Positions 30,045 through 38,618 of a stretch of 64,000 nucleotides of DNA are shown here, piece by piece. Position 1 is the stretch's first letter; each line of letters opens with the position of its first letter. The notes under the pieces are model-generated. The model worked only from the letters and a program-made list of their open reading frames with translations, was not told the origin of the DNA and did no database searches. A program made the position numbers and the translations under genes. Origin of the DNA: an uncultured Armatimonadia bacterium (GTDB lineage Bacteria > Armatimonadota > Zipacnadia > CAVVLO01); NCBI GenBank assembly GCA_963749155.1, contig CAVVLO010000005.1, positions 96,001 through 160,000 of the forward strand, given 5' to 3'.

Positions 30045-31174
30045 GGCTGCCTAAAGTGGCTCTGGCGGGAGGCGGCACGGCAGGGCATGTCTTTCCAGCC
30101 CTTGCCACGAAAGAAGCCCTCGAGCAACAGGGGGTAACCGATTTTGTGCTGGTTTCAGACACCCGGGCCTCCGAGAAAGGGTATCTGGCCCCTTTTGGCC
30201 CTCTTCCTGCCTTCTTGATGGCCCCTTCGGGGCTTTCCTATCGGCCTTCTTTGAAAGGCGTTGCCAATGGCTTGCGGCTCTTTTGGGGCGCAGTTCGGTG
30301 CTGGCGCTTTCTGAAGAGGGAGAAAGTCTCTGTTGTATTCGCTACAGGCTCCTATGTTGGCGCCGCGGCGGGGCTTGCGGCAGGCTGGCTTGGTTTACCG
30401 CTGGTCCTCTATGAGGGAGATGCCTCTCCCGGGAGGGCCAACCGGAGGCTGGCCAAAGGGGCAAAAGCCCTTGCGGTTGCCTTTGAGGCGGCAGGCGCTG
30501 CCTTCCCAAAGGGCAAGTGGGTAGTAACTGGCTCGCCAGTCAGGCTGCTTGAGGCGCCTGCCAGTAGACAGGCGGCACGAGAAGCCCTTGGCCTTAACCT
30601 GGAGCTGCCAACCCTCGCTCTGTTCGGAGGCAGCCAGGGCGCTGCCGTGCTTAATGACTTCGCTATCAAATATCTGCTACCAGAAGCCGCCAAAGGTCGC
30701 CTTCAGGTACTGCATCAGTGTGGGGCTGGCAATCTGGAAGCGCTGAAGCAGCGCCTCGAAGGCCGGCCTCTGCCTGCCGGATACTTGCTGACTGGCTTCA
30801 CAAACGAAGTCGGAACCTGGCAAAAAGCTGCGGACCTCGTGCTTTCGAGAGCAGGTTCCGGTACAATTGGCGAATACTGCCTGCTGGGGACTGCTTCAGT
30901 GCTTGTGCCGCTGGAAGCTGGGGCAGGCGGCCACCAGCGTTATAATGCTCAGGCGCTCGCTGAAACTGGCGCTGCGCGGATCGCGGAAGAAGAGCTGGCT
31001 CGTTCAGGCGCCCTGATGGCGCTTTTAGAGGAGTTGCTGGCCTCTCCAGAGGAACTTGATTATATGCGCCAGAAAGCTCTGGCGCTTGCCCGACCCGAGG
31101 CAGCCGCTGATATCGCGCGACTTGTATTACAGGCAGCCCAGGGCAACGAAGGGAGCAGTCCAATTGACAAGTAA
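30041..31174 (+). CDS. murG: lipid II GlcNAc transferase MurG
   Basis: GGGTAGHVFP, GRANR, TGSPVR, GGSQGA, SRAG, HQRYNA. Confidence 0.94.
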   Translation: MRLPKVALAGGGTAGHVFPALATKEALEQQGVTDFVLVSDTRASEKGYLAPFGPLPAFLMAPSGLSYRPSLKGVANGLRLFWGAVRCWRFLKREKVSVVFATGSYVGAAAGLAAGWLGLPLVLYEGDASPGRANRRLAKGAKALAVAFEAAGAAFPKGKWVVTGSPVRLLEAPASRQAAREALGLNLELPTLALFGGSQGAAVLNDFAIKYLLPEAAKGRLQVLHQCGAGNLEALKQRLEGRPLPAGYLLTGFTNEVGTWQKAADLVLSRAGSGTIGEYCLLGTASVLVPLEAGAGGHQRYNAQALAETGAARIAEEELARSGALMALLEELLASPEELDYMRQKALALARPEAAADIARLVLQAAQGNEGSSPIDK

Positions 31175-32549
31175 GACCCACAAATATCATTTGCTTGGCC
31201 TGGGCGGGGCGGGAATGAGCGCCCTGGCTGGCATCCTGCTGGCCCGTGGCTACCAGGTAACCGGCAGCGACCTGAAGGAATCAGCCACCCTGGCCTCGCT
31301 CAAAGCCAAAGGCGCCCATTATTACATCGGTCACTCGGCCGAACAAATCGGCGAGGCTGATATCGTTATCCGGTCAGGCGCGGTTCAGGATGATAATCCC
31401 GAGTTAGTGGCGGCAGCCAAGAAAAAACTGCCAATCCTTTCTCGGGGAGAGGCTATAAGAGAGCTTTTCAAAGGGGCAACCATGCTTGCGGTCAGTGGCT
31501 CGCATGGCAAGTCGAGTACAACCTCGATGCTCGGGCAGGTGTTAACCGAGTTAGGGCTTAATCCCACGGTGCTGGTGGGAGGGTATGTCCAGGCCTTCGA
31601 GGGCAACTACCGCCTGGGCCGCGACGACCTGGTAGTCATCGAAGCCTGCGAATACGACAAGTTTTTTCTTCAGTTGCAGCCAACTTACGCGGCGGTGCTT
31701 AACCTCGAGCTTGAGCATACCGACCAGTATCCAACTCTCTCGGCGGCCGAGCAGGCTTTTCGCCAGTTTGTGCGCCAGACAAGTCCCTCGGGCGGGATTG
31801 TGCTTTGCGCGGACAGTCCTGTAGCCGTTCGCCTGGGTGAAGATTCCCCTGGCCATCTGATTACCTACTCGCTGCATGGCAAGGCGACCTTGTCAGCGCG
31901 CGGTGTCGAGGTAGATGAAGAGGGCAGCCGCTTCCAGGTATTGAAGGAGGGTCGGCTGGTTGCTTCGGCAAGGTTGCCTCTTTATGGCGAGCAGATGATC
32001 AGCAATGCGCTGGCTACGCTGGGCCTGGCCGAACTGGCTGGCGCCGACCTCATCGAGGCTATCGCGGCACTGGCCAAAATCAAGCCGGTGGAGCGTCGCT
32101 TCGATATGAAGGGAGAAGTGGGCGGCGTGTTGCTGGTCGACGACTACGCTCATCATCCCTCCGAGATAGCCGCTACTATCAAGACAGCGCGCACCTGGTT
32201 CAAACGCCCTGTTATGGCTATCTTCCAGCCGCACCTCTACAGCCGGACTCGCGATCTGAAACGGGATTTCGGCAGGGCGCTTGCTTTGGCAGATCAGGTC
32301 ATAATTACGGATGTCTTCGCCGCGCGAGAAAAGCCGATTGCAGGCGTCAGTGGAGAACTGCTGGCTGAAGAGGTTCGCTCCTCCTCCGAGGCAGGGCGAG
32401 TCTGTTTTGTGCATACGCCAGAGCAGGCTGCTGAACTAGCTGTGGAATTGCTTGAACCTGGCTGGGTGGCGCTCGTGATGGGCGCAGGAGATATCAACAA
32501 GCTTATCCCGGAGCTCGAACGGCGCCTGTTAGCGCCTGCCAAAGCTTAG
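31164..32549 (+). CDS. murC: UDP-MurNAc--L-alanine ligase
   Basis: GLGGAGMSALA, GSD, GSHGKSSTT, RRF, DDYAHHPSEI, FQPHLYSRT, GAGDI. Confidence 0.95.
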   Translation: MTSKTHKYHLLGLGGAGMSALAGILLARGYQVTGSDLKESATLASLKAKGAHYYIGHSAEQIGEADIVIRSGAVQDDNPELVAAAKKKLPILSRGEAIRELFKGATMLAVSGSHGKSSTTSMLGQVLTELGLNPTVLVGGYVQAFEGNYRLGRDDLVVIEACEYDKFFLQLQPTYAAVLNLELEHTDQYPTLSAAEQAFRQFVRQTSPSGGIVLCADSPVAVRLGEDSPGHLITYSLHGKATLSARGVEVDEEGSRFQVLKEGRLVASARLPLYGEQMISNALATLGLAELAGADLIEAIAALAKIKPVERRFDMKGEVGGVLLVDDYAHHPSEIAATIKTARTWFKRPVMAIFQPHLYSRTRDLKRDFGRALALADQVIITDVFAAREKPIAGVSGELLAEEVRSSSEAGRVCFVHTPEQAAELAVELLEPGWVALVMGAGDINKLIPELERRLLAPAKA

Positions 32550-32563
32550 GGGAGGCGGAACTA

Positions 32564-33476
32564 TTGCAGCTCGAGACCAGCCTGAGGGAGTTCGAGCGGC
32601 TAGGCAGGGCTTGTGCTTGAGTCAGGCCGCAATATGGCCGAGTTCACCTCTATGGGCGTTGGGGGAGCCGCCGCCGGCTATCTGGCCCCTGCTGACCTTT
32701 CGCAAAGTGGCCGCGCTTTGGTGGCCGCGCGCAAACTGGGCCTGCCAGTCTTGGTGGCTGGGCTTGGCACCAACCTCATCGTGCTGGAGGGCGGTATCAA
32801 AGGCCTTGTGGTGCATCTGGCGCCTCACCTGGACAAGCTATCACTTGACGACAGGACGGTCAGCGCCGAGGCAGGCTGTTCTCTTCCCAGGCTTTGCAAG
32901 CTGGTCGCCAGGGCTGGACTTACGGGACTGGAGTTCTGCTCGGGCATCCCGGGGACTCTCGGGGGCGCAGTGGCGCAAAACGCCGGCTGGAAAGAACATC
33001 AGATTGGCGAGCTTGTCCAGCGGGTCTGGATTTTCGATGAGCAGGGCGGCCTTATGCCACTGCCAGGCGAGGAAGCCGGTTTTGGTTATCGCACAAGCCG
33101 TATCAAGCGCGAGGGGCTTGTAGTAGCCCAGGTTGAGTTGCGGCTGGCTGCGGGAGACCCAGAGGTTATCCAGCGGCAAATATGCGAATATGCGCATACG
33201 CGCATAAATACCCAGCCAACCGGAAGAAGCGCCGGCAGTGTCTTCAAAAATCCGCCTGGCGATGCGGCAGGAAGGTTGCTTGACCTGGCAGGGGCCAAAG
33301 GGCTGAGGGTGGGGAGAGCGTGTATTTCCGAGCGACATGCCAACTTCATCGTGAATGAAGGGGGCGCAACAGGCGCCGATATCGTCAAACTGATGGCGAA
33401 GGCCGCAGAACTTGTGCTGGAACGGTTTGGGATTTTGCTTGAGCCTGAAGTGGAGGTGCTGGGCGCTCTTGCGTAA
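32564..33476 (+). CDS. murB: UDP-N-acetylenolpyruvoylglucosamine reductase (+1 frameshift in GGG at 32607-32609)
   Basis: GLGTNL, GIPGTLGGA..NAG, SAGSVFKNP, HANF, LEPEV. The TTG at 32564 with a GGGGAGG RBS joins the main frame after removing one G. Confidence 0.92.
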
Positions 33477-33481
33477 GCGCC

Positions 33482-34273
33482 TTGCCAGTGTGGGCTGACC
33501 AGGATGAAACCAGAGTCTCGGCTGAACCGCTGCTGACAGATGAGGATGAACCGTCTGGTAGTCCCTGGTTGCTGCCGGTATTGATTGTGATTCTAGTCGG
33601 CACTATGGCTTTCGCTGTAATCTCTACGCCTCTGGTCGAGATAACGCGTATAGAGGTGCGCTGCCAGGACCAGTCACTGGCTCGCGAGCTTGCCCAGGTG
33701 GTCAAGAGTTATCTTGGAGACAATCTGTTACTCGCGGATTTGCAAGGATTACGCGTGACTTTTGCCGACGATATCCGCTTCGAGCATGTCGCTGTGCTGC
33801 GGAAGTTGCCCCAGACGCTGGTGGTCCAGGTCTTTCCAAGAGAGCCTGTCTTTGTGATAAAGGCTGGGGACTTCTTTTATCTTTGCGACAAGTATGGTAT
33901 CTGTTATGAGGGGGCAGTTGCTTTTCGACCGGATCTCGCTTCGGTAGAACTGCCGATAAAAGAGGCTGACCTGCTTGGCGCAGAGTTGCCCGATCCACTG
34001 CTCAAGTACCTGATAGCTTTGAGCGAGCGGCTCAAGCTGACCAGCTTCGGCACTGGCGAAGTAATGGTAGTCGAGTCAGGCGGAGACGTGGTAGTGAAGA
34101 TGGAAGTTGCTCAAGGCCCAACTCTGGAACTGGCTTTGGGTGATAGCTCTCAGATGGACCTCAAGCTGGCAACAGCCCAAAGCGCCCTTGAGGAAGCACG
34201 CAGGCAGGGATTGCGGCTCGTGCGACTTGATGTGAGTAATCCCGAAGGTTGCGTAGCCCGGTTAGAGGACTGA
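33482..34273 (+). CDS. ftsQ: FtsQ/DivIB-like cell division protein (TM + POTRA + beta domain)
   Basis: dcw position, single TM, POTRA-like VLRKLPQTLVVQVFPREP, C-terminal RLDV. Confidence 0.8.
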   Translation: MPVWADQDETRVSAEPLLTDEDEPSGSPWLLPVLIVILVGTMAFAVISTPLVEITRIEVRCQDQSLARELAQVVKSYLGDNLLLADLQGLRVTFADDIRFEHVAVLRKLPQTLVVQVFPREPVFVIKAGDFFYLCDKYGICYEGAVAFRPDLASVELPIKEADLLGAELPDPLLKYLIALSERLKLTSFGTGEVMVVESGGDVVVKMEVAQGPTLELALGDSSQMDLKLATAQSALEEARRQGLRLVRLDVSNPEGCVARLED

Positions 34274-34275
34274 CG

Positions 34276-35076
34276 ATGAAAGACTATCTGAAGAAGCTCA
34301 GTCAACCTCATCACCTCACGATTAGCGTGAAGGCGGCTCACGTCGCCATTATGGCTATCTGCCTGGCGCTGGGCGTGCTGGCTGGCCTGGTTACTTTCGC
34401 GCGGGGCAAAGGAGAGCTGCCCCTTGCGGGGATGCGCCTCGAGACCCTTGCGCTGATGTATACCGATGCCAAAGACGAGATTATCCGCTCCCAAAAAGAG
34501 ATTGACCGGCTGCGCGGCCAGCTTCAATCCTATGAAGATGCGGCAACTGCCAACACAGGGCTTGCCAAAGAGATGCGCGATGAGTTGCAGGAATTACGGG
34601 CTTTAGTCGGTATTCTTCCTGTAAAGGGGCCGGGAATCCTGGTAACGCTAACCGATGCGCCGCGCGCCACCGAGGGGGGCGAAGAGCTGGGAGGGCCAGA
34701 AGAGGCCATGCTCGTGCATGACCAGGATCTTATCCAGCTTGTGAACGAACTGCGCTGCGCAGGGGCCGAAGCAATCTCCATCAATGACCAGCGTATGGGC
34801 GCCCTAAGCGACATCAGATGCAGCGGGCCGGTAATCAGGGTGAATGGGAGCCAGGTCGCAGGACCTTTCCGGATAAAAGTTATTGGCGACAAGGATGCTC
34901 TCTATAGCGCGCTTACTATTCGCGGTGGTTACAAAGAACGACTGGAGCAATATGGCCCTACCGTTACCATCCAGAAGCGCGATTTGCTGGAGCTGCCCGC
35001 AATTGCTGCCAGTCCTGAACTGGACCGAGCGCGTCCAGTACTACCCGCTGAGAAACCAGCAACAGGAGGCGAGTGA
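34276..35076 (+). CDS. DUF881 family protein (YlxW/YlxX-like)
   Basis: TM, coiled coil, VKGPGILVTLTD, VHDQDLIQLVNELRCAGAEAISINDQR. Confidence 0.88.
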   Translation: MKDYLKKLSQPHHLTISVKAAHVAIMAICLALGVLAGLVTFARGKGELPLAGMRLETLALMYTDAKDEIIRSQKEIDRLRGQLQSYEDAATANTGLAKEMRDELQELRALVGILPVKGPGILVTLTDAPRATEGGEELGGPEEAMLVHDQDLIQLVNELRCAGAEAISINDQRMGALSDIRCSGPVIRVNGSQVAGPFRIKVIGDKDALYSALTIRGGYKERLEQYGPTVTIQKRDLLELPAIAASPELDRARPVLPAEKPATGGE

Positions 35077-35447
35077 TGATGGCGCCTGTCCTCCTTGGCG
35101 TAATCGGGTTGCTCCTGGGTTTTCTGATGGGCAGCAAACTAACCGCCTTTACCAACCTGCAGCCTTATCTGGTTATTATGTTGCTGGGAGTGCTGGCTTA
35201 TGCGGTCGAAGTGCTTCAAGAGGGCGGTACGACCCGTTTTCGCCCTGGGCCAAGTGTCACTCGCTTTTTGATTGGGCTATTGATAGCCGAGGTTACCGTC
35301 TGGCTAGGCGCGCAGTTCCAGCTTGATTTGTATCTGGCGCCAGCAACTGCATATCTGGTGCTGTGCTTCTTCTACCTGTACAGGCTGAGATTCTATTCTG
35401 AGCCCGGGCGCGATGACGGGAAGGGAAACCGGATGGATGGCGGGTAG
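35076..35447 (+). CDS. sbp: small basic protein-like membrane protein (DUF1290)
   Basis: Hydrophobic ~123-aa protein directly after DUF881, with PYL and LG.Q..LDLYLA motifs. Confidence 0.65.
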   Translation: MMAPVLLGVIGLLLGFLMGSKLTAFTNLQPYLVIMLLGVLAYAVEVLQEGGTTRFRPGPSVTRFLIGLLIAEVTVWLGAQFQLDLYLAPATAYLVLCFFYLYRLRFYSEPGRDDGKGNRMDGG

Positions 35448-36684
35448 CGAGTTCTACGTAGGCCTCGATGTGGGCACCACGAAGGTGCTCTGCGTGGTCG
35501 CTCAGACTGAAACCGAGGGCGGGCTGCGCCTTGTAGGTGTTGGTCGCTCTGCCTGCAAAGGGCTTCAGAAAGGAATGGTCGCCGACATCGAGCTTACCGC
35601 CGAGGCGATCAAGAAGGCTGTCAAGCAGGCCGAAAGTCTGGCCGCTGTGCGTATCCATTCAGCGGTCATCGGAGTCACTGGCAACCATGTCAGTTGCCGC
35701 AACGAGCATGCCCATGTTGCGATTACGACTCCCGATTATGTCATTGGCGAAGTGGATATCGAGCGCGTAATGGACCAGGTCAAAGCTGTGGATTTGCCTG
35801 GCGACCGAGAAGTGCTTCACGTTATCGCGCGCGAGTTCACCGTAGATGACCAACACGGTATCAAACGTCCCCAGGGGATGTCCGGCAAGACTCTCGGAGT
35901 TGAGGCGCATCTCGTAACAGGCGCCGTAACAGCCTTAAACAACATCCGGGCCGCTGTCAGTCGAGCTGGGCTTGGCATAGATGACCTGGTGCTCGAGCCA
36001 ATTGCGACCGCCGAGAGCGTCCTCAATGAGGAAGAGAAAGAGATTGGCGTCGCAGTGGTGGATGTGGGGGGCGGCACGAGCGATGTGGCGGTCTTCTACG
36101 AGGGTGCCATTATCCACAGTGGCGTGGTGCCGATAGGGGGTAACCACTTCACTCGGGATTTGCAGATAGGCCTTCAGACTTCCTTTGATGAGGCCGAACG
36201 CATTAAAAGGCAACACGGTGTGGCAATGCAATCTCTGGTGAAAGAAACCTCAACCTTCAGTCTTTCTACCGCCAGTGGAGAGCAACTCCGGGAAGTGCCA
36301 ACGCAAAAGGCGGCTTATATCCTCGAGGCGCGTTCTCGCGAACTGCTCAAGCTTGCGCTGAAAGAAATCCACAAGTCTCGCGTACTGCCCATGCTTTCGG
36401 CAGGGGTTGTTTTCACCGGTGGGGGCTCGCAGATCCGCGGGATGGACTCTCTGGCCCGTTCGCTCTACGAGGTTATTCCCATCCGGATGGGCTTGCCTTC
36501 CCACGTTACCAGTTATGCGGCCGACCTGCTCAAAGACCCCGGCGCCTCAACCGGAATCGGCCTGGTGCTGTATAGCAGGCGCAACTGGCCAGCGCGCGGA
36601 CTCGATACTTCCACCCCGAAAAAATTTCTCGCGGCTTTCCGCGAGCGCTTGCGGAGCTGGTTCTTCCCAAGCAACCGGCCCTGA
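35437..36684 (+). CDS. ftsA: cell division protein FtsA
   Basis: GLDVGTTK, LEPIA, DVGGGTSD, GGNHFTRD, AERIKR, FTGGGSQ, C-terminal amphipathic helix FLAAFRERLRSWF. Confidence 0.96.
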   Translation: MAGSEFYVGLDVGTTKVLCVVAQTETEGGLRLVGVGRSACKGLQKGMVADIELTAEAIKKAVKQAESLAAVRIHSAVIGVTGNHVSCRNEHAHVAITTPDYVIGEVDIERVMDQVKAVDLPGDREVLHVIAREFTVDDQHGIKRPQGMSGKTLGVEAHLVTGAVTALNNIRAAVSRAGLGIDDLVLEPIATAESVLNEEEKEIGVAVVDVGGGTSDVAVFYEGAIIHSGVVPIGGNHFTRDLQIGLQTSFDEAERIKRQHGVAMQSLVKETSTFSLSTASGEQLREVPTQKAAYILEARSRELLKLALKEIHKSRVLPMLSAGVVFTGGGSQIRGMDSLARSLYEVIPIRMGLPSHVTSYAADLLKDPGASTGIGLVLYSRRNWPARGLDTSTPKKFLAAFRERLRSWFFPSNRP

Positions 36685-37264
36685 GTCTCGTTTTAAAAGT
36701 GCTTCTTTTAAAGCAGCCTCTCACTTTACCCACTCCACTAGCCTTGGGGCACAGCACCTTTGTTTCCTCTGGGCAGACTTCTGCTGGTCAGGAGTTTGGC
36801 GCTTCGAATCTGCCAGGCGGAAATACACAGGAAAAATTAAGCATAAAATCTTCCTTAGCACCTCGGTATATCTAAAGCAGACAGGCCAGGCAAGGGCCTT
36901 CGAGCAGCTAGCTCTGCTGAGCCCAGGGCTGGCTCTCCAAAACACTGCCGGAGAAGCTCTAAACGCTATATTAGCGCCCTTTGTAGGTAACTGAGCCAGG
37001 ATGAAAATGAGTAATCTGATGTCAATCTCGATGCCTGGCTCAGGCGCCGGCTAACGGACCTACATGGACTATCACGACAAAAGGCTCTGCTACAAGACAG
37101 GAGGCGGCTTTCCGACCTGGTTTTCACCCCTGAAGGAAAGTGCCGGAGGGGGTTGTAAGGAAACCAATTGCCGATATAATGGGCCTAAGGGAGAGGTAAG
37201 ACACGCTCTCTGGATTCTTTTTTTATTTTTCGTCTTTTTTTTCGATAAATCTGCAACTCGTGGA

Positions 37265-37291
37265 GCAACTTTACCGAGGGCTCGCTGTCTA
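37265..37291 (+). promoter_or_regulatory. candidate ECF-sigma promoter
   Basis: GCAACT-N16-GTCTA, resembling the AAC...GTC ECF consensus, 40 nt upstream of an anti-sigma gene. Confidence 0.4.
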
Positions 37292-37330
37292 TGCAACTGA
37301 CACGCACGACGCGAGACGGTGGTAAGCAGC

Positions 37331-38578
37331 ATGAAGTGCAATGACAACGAACTGCTTCTGATGGATTACCTCGAGGGTAACCTCGACGCCCAGACAGCCC
37401 GGGTGGTCGAGTTGCACCTGGAAGAATGTCCCCGTTGCCAGGCCAGGTTCGAAGCCATGAGCGAACTGGTTGGCGGCCTGCTTGAGATCCCCGAAATTGG
37501 TTGCTCCGATGCCTTTGATTCAGGCCTGCTTTCGGCCTTGGAACTCGTTGATGAAGAAGACCTGCTGAGCTGCGAGCAGGTTGAAGAATTGATCTGCCTT
37601 GAAGGACTCGACGATTTGCCCTATGAGGTAAGCAAGCTGGCAGAAGCCCATCTGGCCTCTTGTGCCTCTTGTAGCGCTGGCGCGCAGGACGCCAGGCAAC
37701 TGGAACGCGCGCTGGCTTCGGTAGAAGAGATTGCGCCAACCAGTAACGCGAAGGCCGCGCTGCACGCTTACTGGGCTGAGGAAGACGCGCCGACGGTGGT
37801 ACAGCGGGTCGCCAGCACTTTCAAGCCGCGCGCTCGCCTCTCATACGGCACTGTGGCTGCTGCGGCAGTCCTGCTTGTAGCTTTTGCACTGCCTGGCCTT
37901 ATGAAAGGGACGGGCACTGCTCCTACAGCCGGTCCAGATTTCCCAGTGACGACGACGGCGCCTGAGACAACTCCAGGCACCTCTGTAACGATCGCCTCCG
38001 CTGACCCGGCGAGCGCTGCCGCAAGCGAAGAGACGGCTTATGTAGATGAAGGCGCGCCCACCAGCGAGGAGACCGTAGCTTTGCTGCCTGGCAAGGCACC
38101 GACAAAGCCGACGTCACTGGTGACAATGAAGACTCAGCCTCGTATGAGCGCTGCAGGCGCCGATAACGGCCCCGCGCTCAACAGAGCGCCTGTAAGCACC
38201 ACTTCAGTGGAACGGAGCGCAAGCGAGACCGGCCTGAAGCCGAGTGCTGGCATCCAGATAGCTTATGCGCCTTCAATCGGCGCAGGCAGTGGCAGTGACG
38301 CCCTGGCGCGGTCGGTAAGGTTGCAGAGGGCAAGCTACGAAAGCAATCTCAAGTTGCTGGTGTCGAATGCCGATAAGGGAACAAAACCAGTCCATACGGA
38401 TACGCCATCGGGCGGGGCAAGTTCCGTAACCGTGGCAAGCCACACGGATACAGGCGCCAGCTCTGCGACGGGCGCCGGCGCAAGTTCGACTCAGCCAGCC
38501 CAGCCGGCAGAGCCGAAGCCCGCGAAGACTAACGAACCTTACGGAGGCAGCCTGCCGGCTAACTCCATACCTTTCTAA
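37331..38578 (+). CDS. membrane-anchored anti-sigma factor with two zf-HC2 (ZAS) domains and a long S/T/A/P-rich extracytoplasmic tail
   Basis: C..(YLEG.L)..HLEECPRC and C..HLASCASC motifs, TM segment VAAAAVLLVAFAL, low-complexity C-terminus. Confidence 0.8.
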   Translation: MKCNDNELLLMDYLEGNLDAQTARVVELHLEECPRCQARFEAMSELVGGLLEIPEIGCSDAFDSGLLSALELVDEEDLLSCEQVEELICLEGLDDLPYEVSKLAEAHLASCASCSAGAQDARQLERALASVEEIAPTSNAKAALHAYWAEEDAPTVVQRVASTFKPRARLSYGTVAAAAVLLVAFALPGLMKGTGTAPTAGPDFPVTTTAPETTPGTSVTIASADPASAAASEETAYVDEGAPTSEETVALLPGKAPTKPTSLVTMKTQPRMSAAGADNGPALNRAPVSTTSVERSASETGLKPSAGIQIAYAPSIGAGSGSDALARSVRLQRASYESNLKLLVSNADKGTKPVHTDTPSGGASSVTVASHTDTGASSATGAGASSTQPAQPAEPKPAKTNEPYGGSLPANSIPF

Positions 38579-38618
38579 GATACAACCAGGGCCGTTTTGG
38601 ATGGTCCAAGTGAGTAAG

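Noticed and set aside
36110..36118. Perfect DnaA box TTATCCACA (another near 53497)
   Set aside because: Isolated copies inside coding sequence, with no cluster or unwinding element; not an oriC.
36721..37347. Short ORFs in the ftsA-anti-sigma gap (36721-36945, 37064-37300, 37090-37347) as an ftsZ or sigma-factor remnant
   Set aside because: No FtsZ or sigma-70 region 2/4 motifs; the compositions reflect the T/A tracts.
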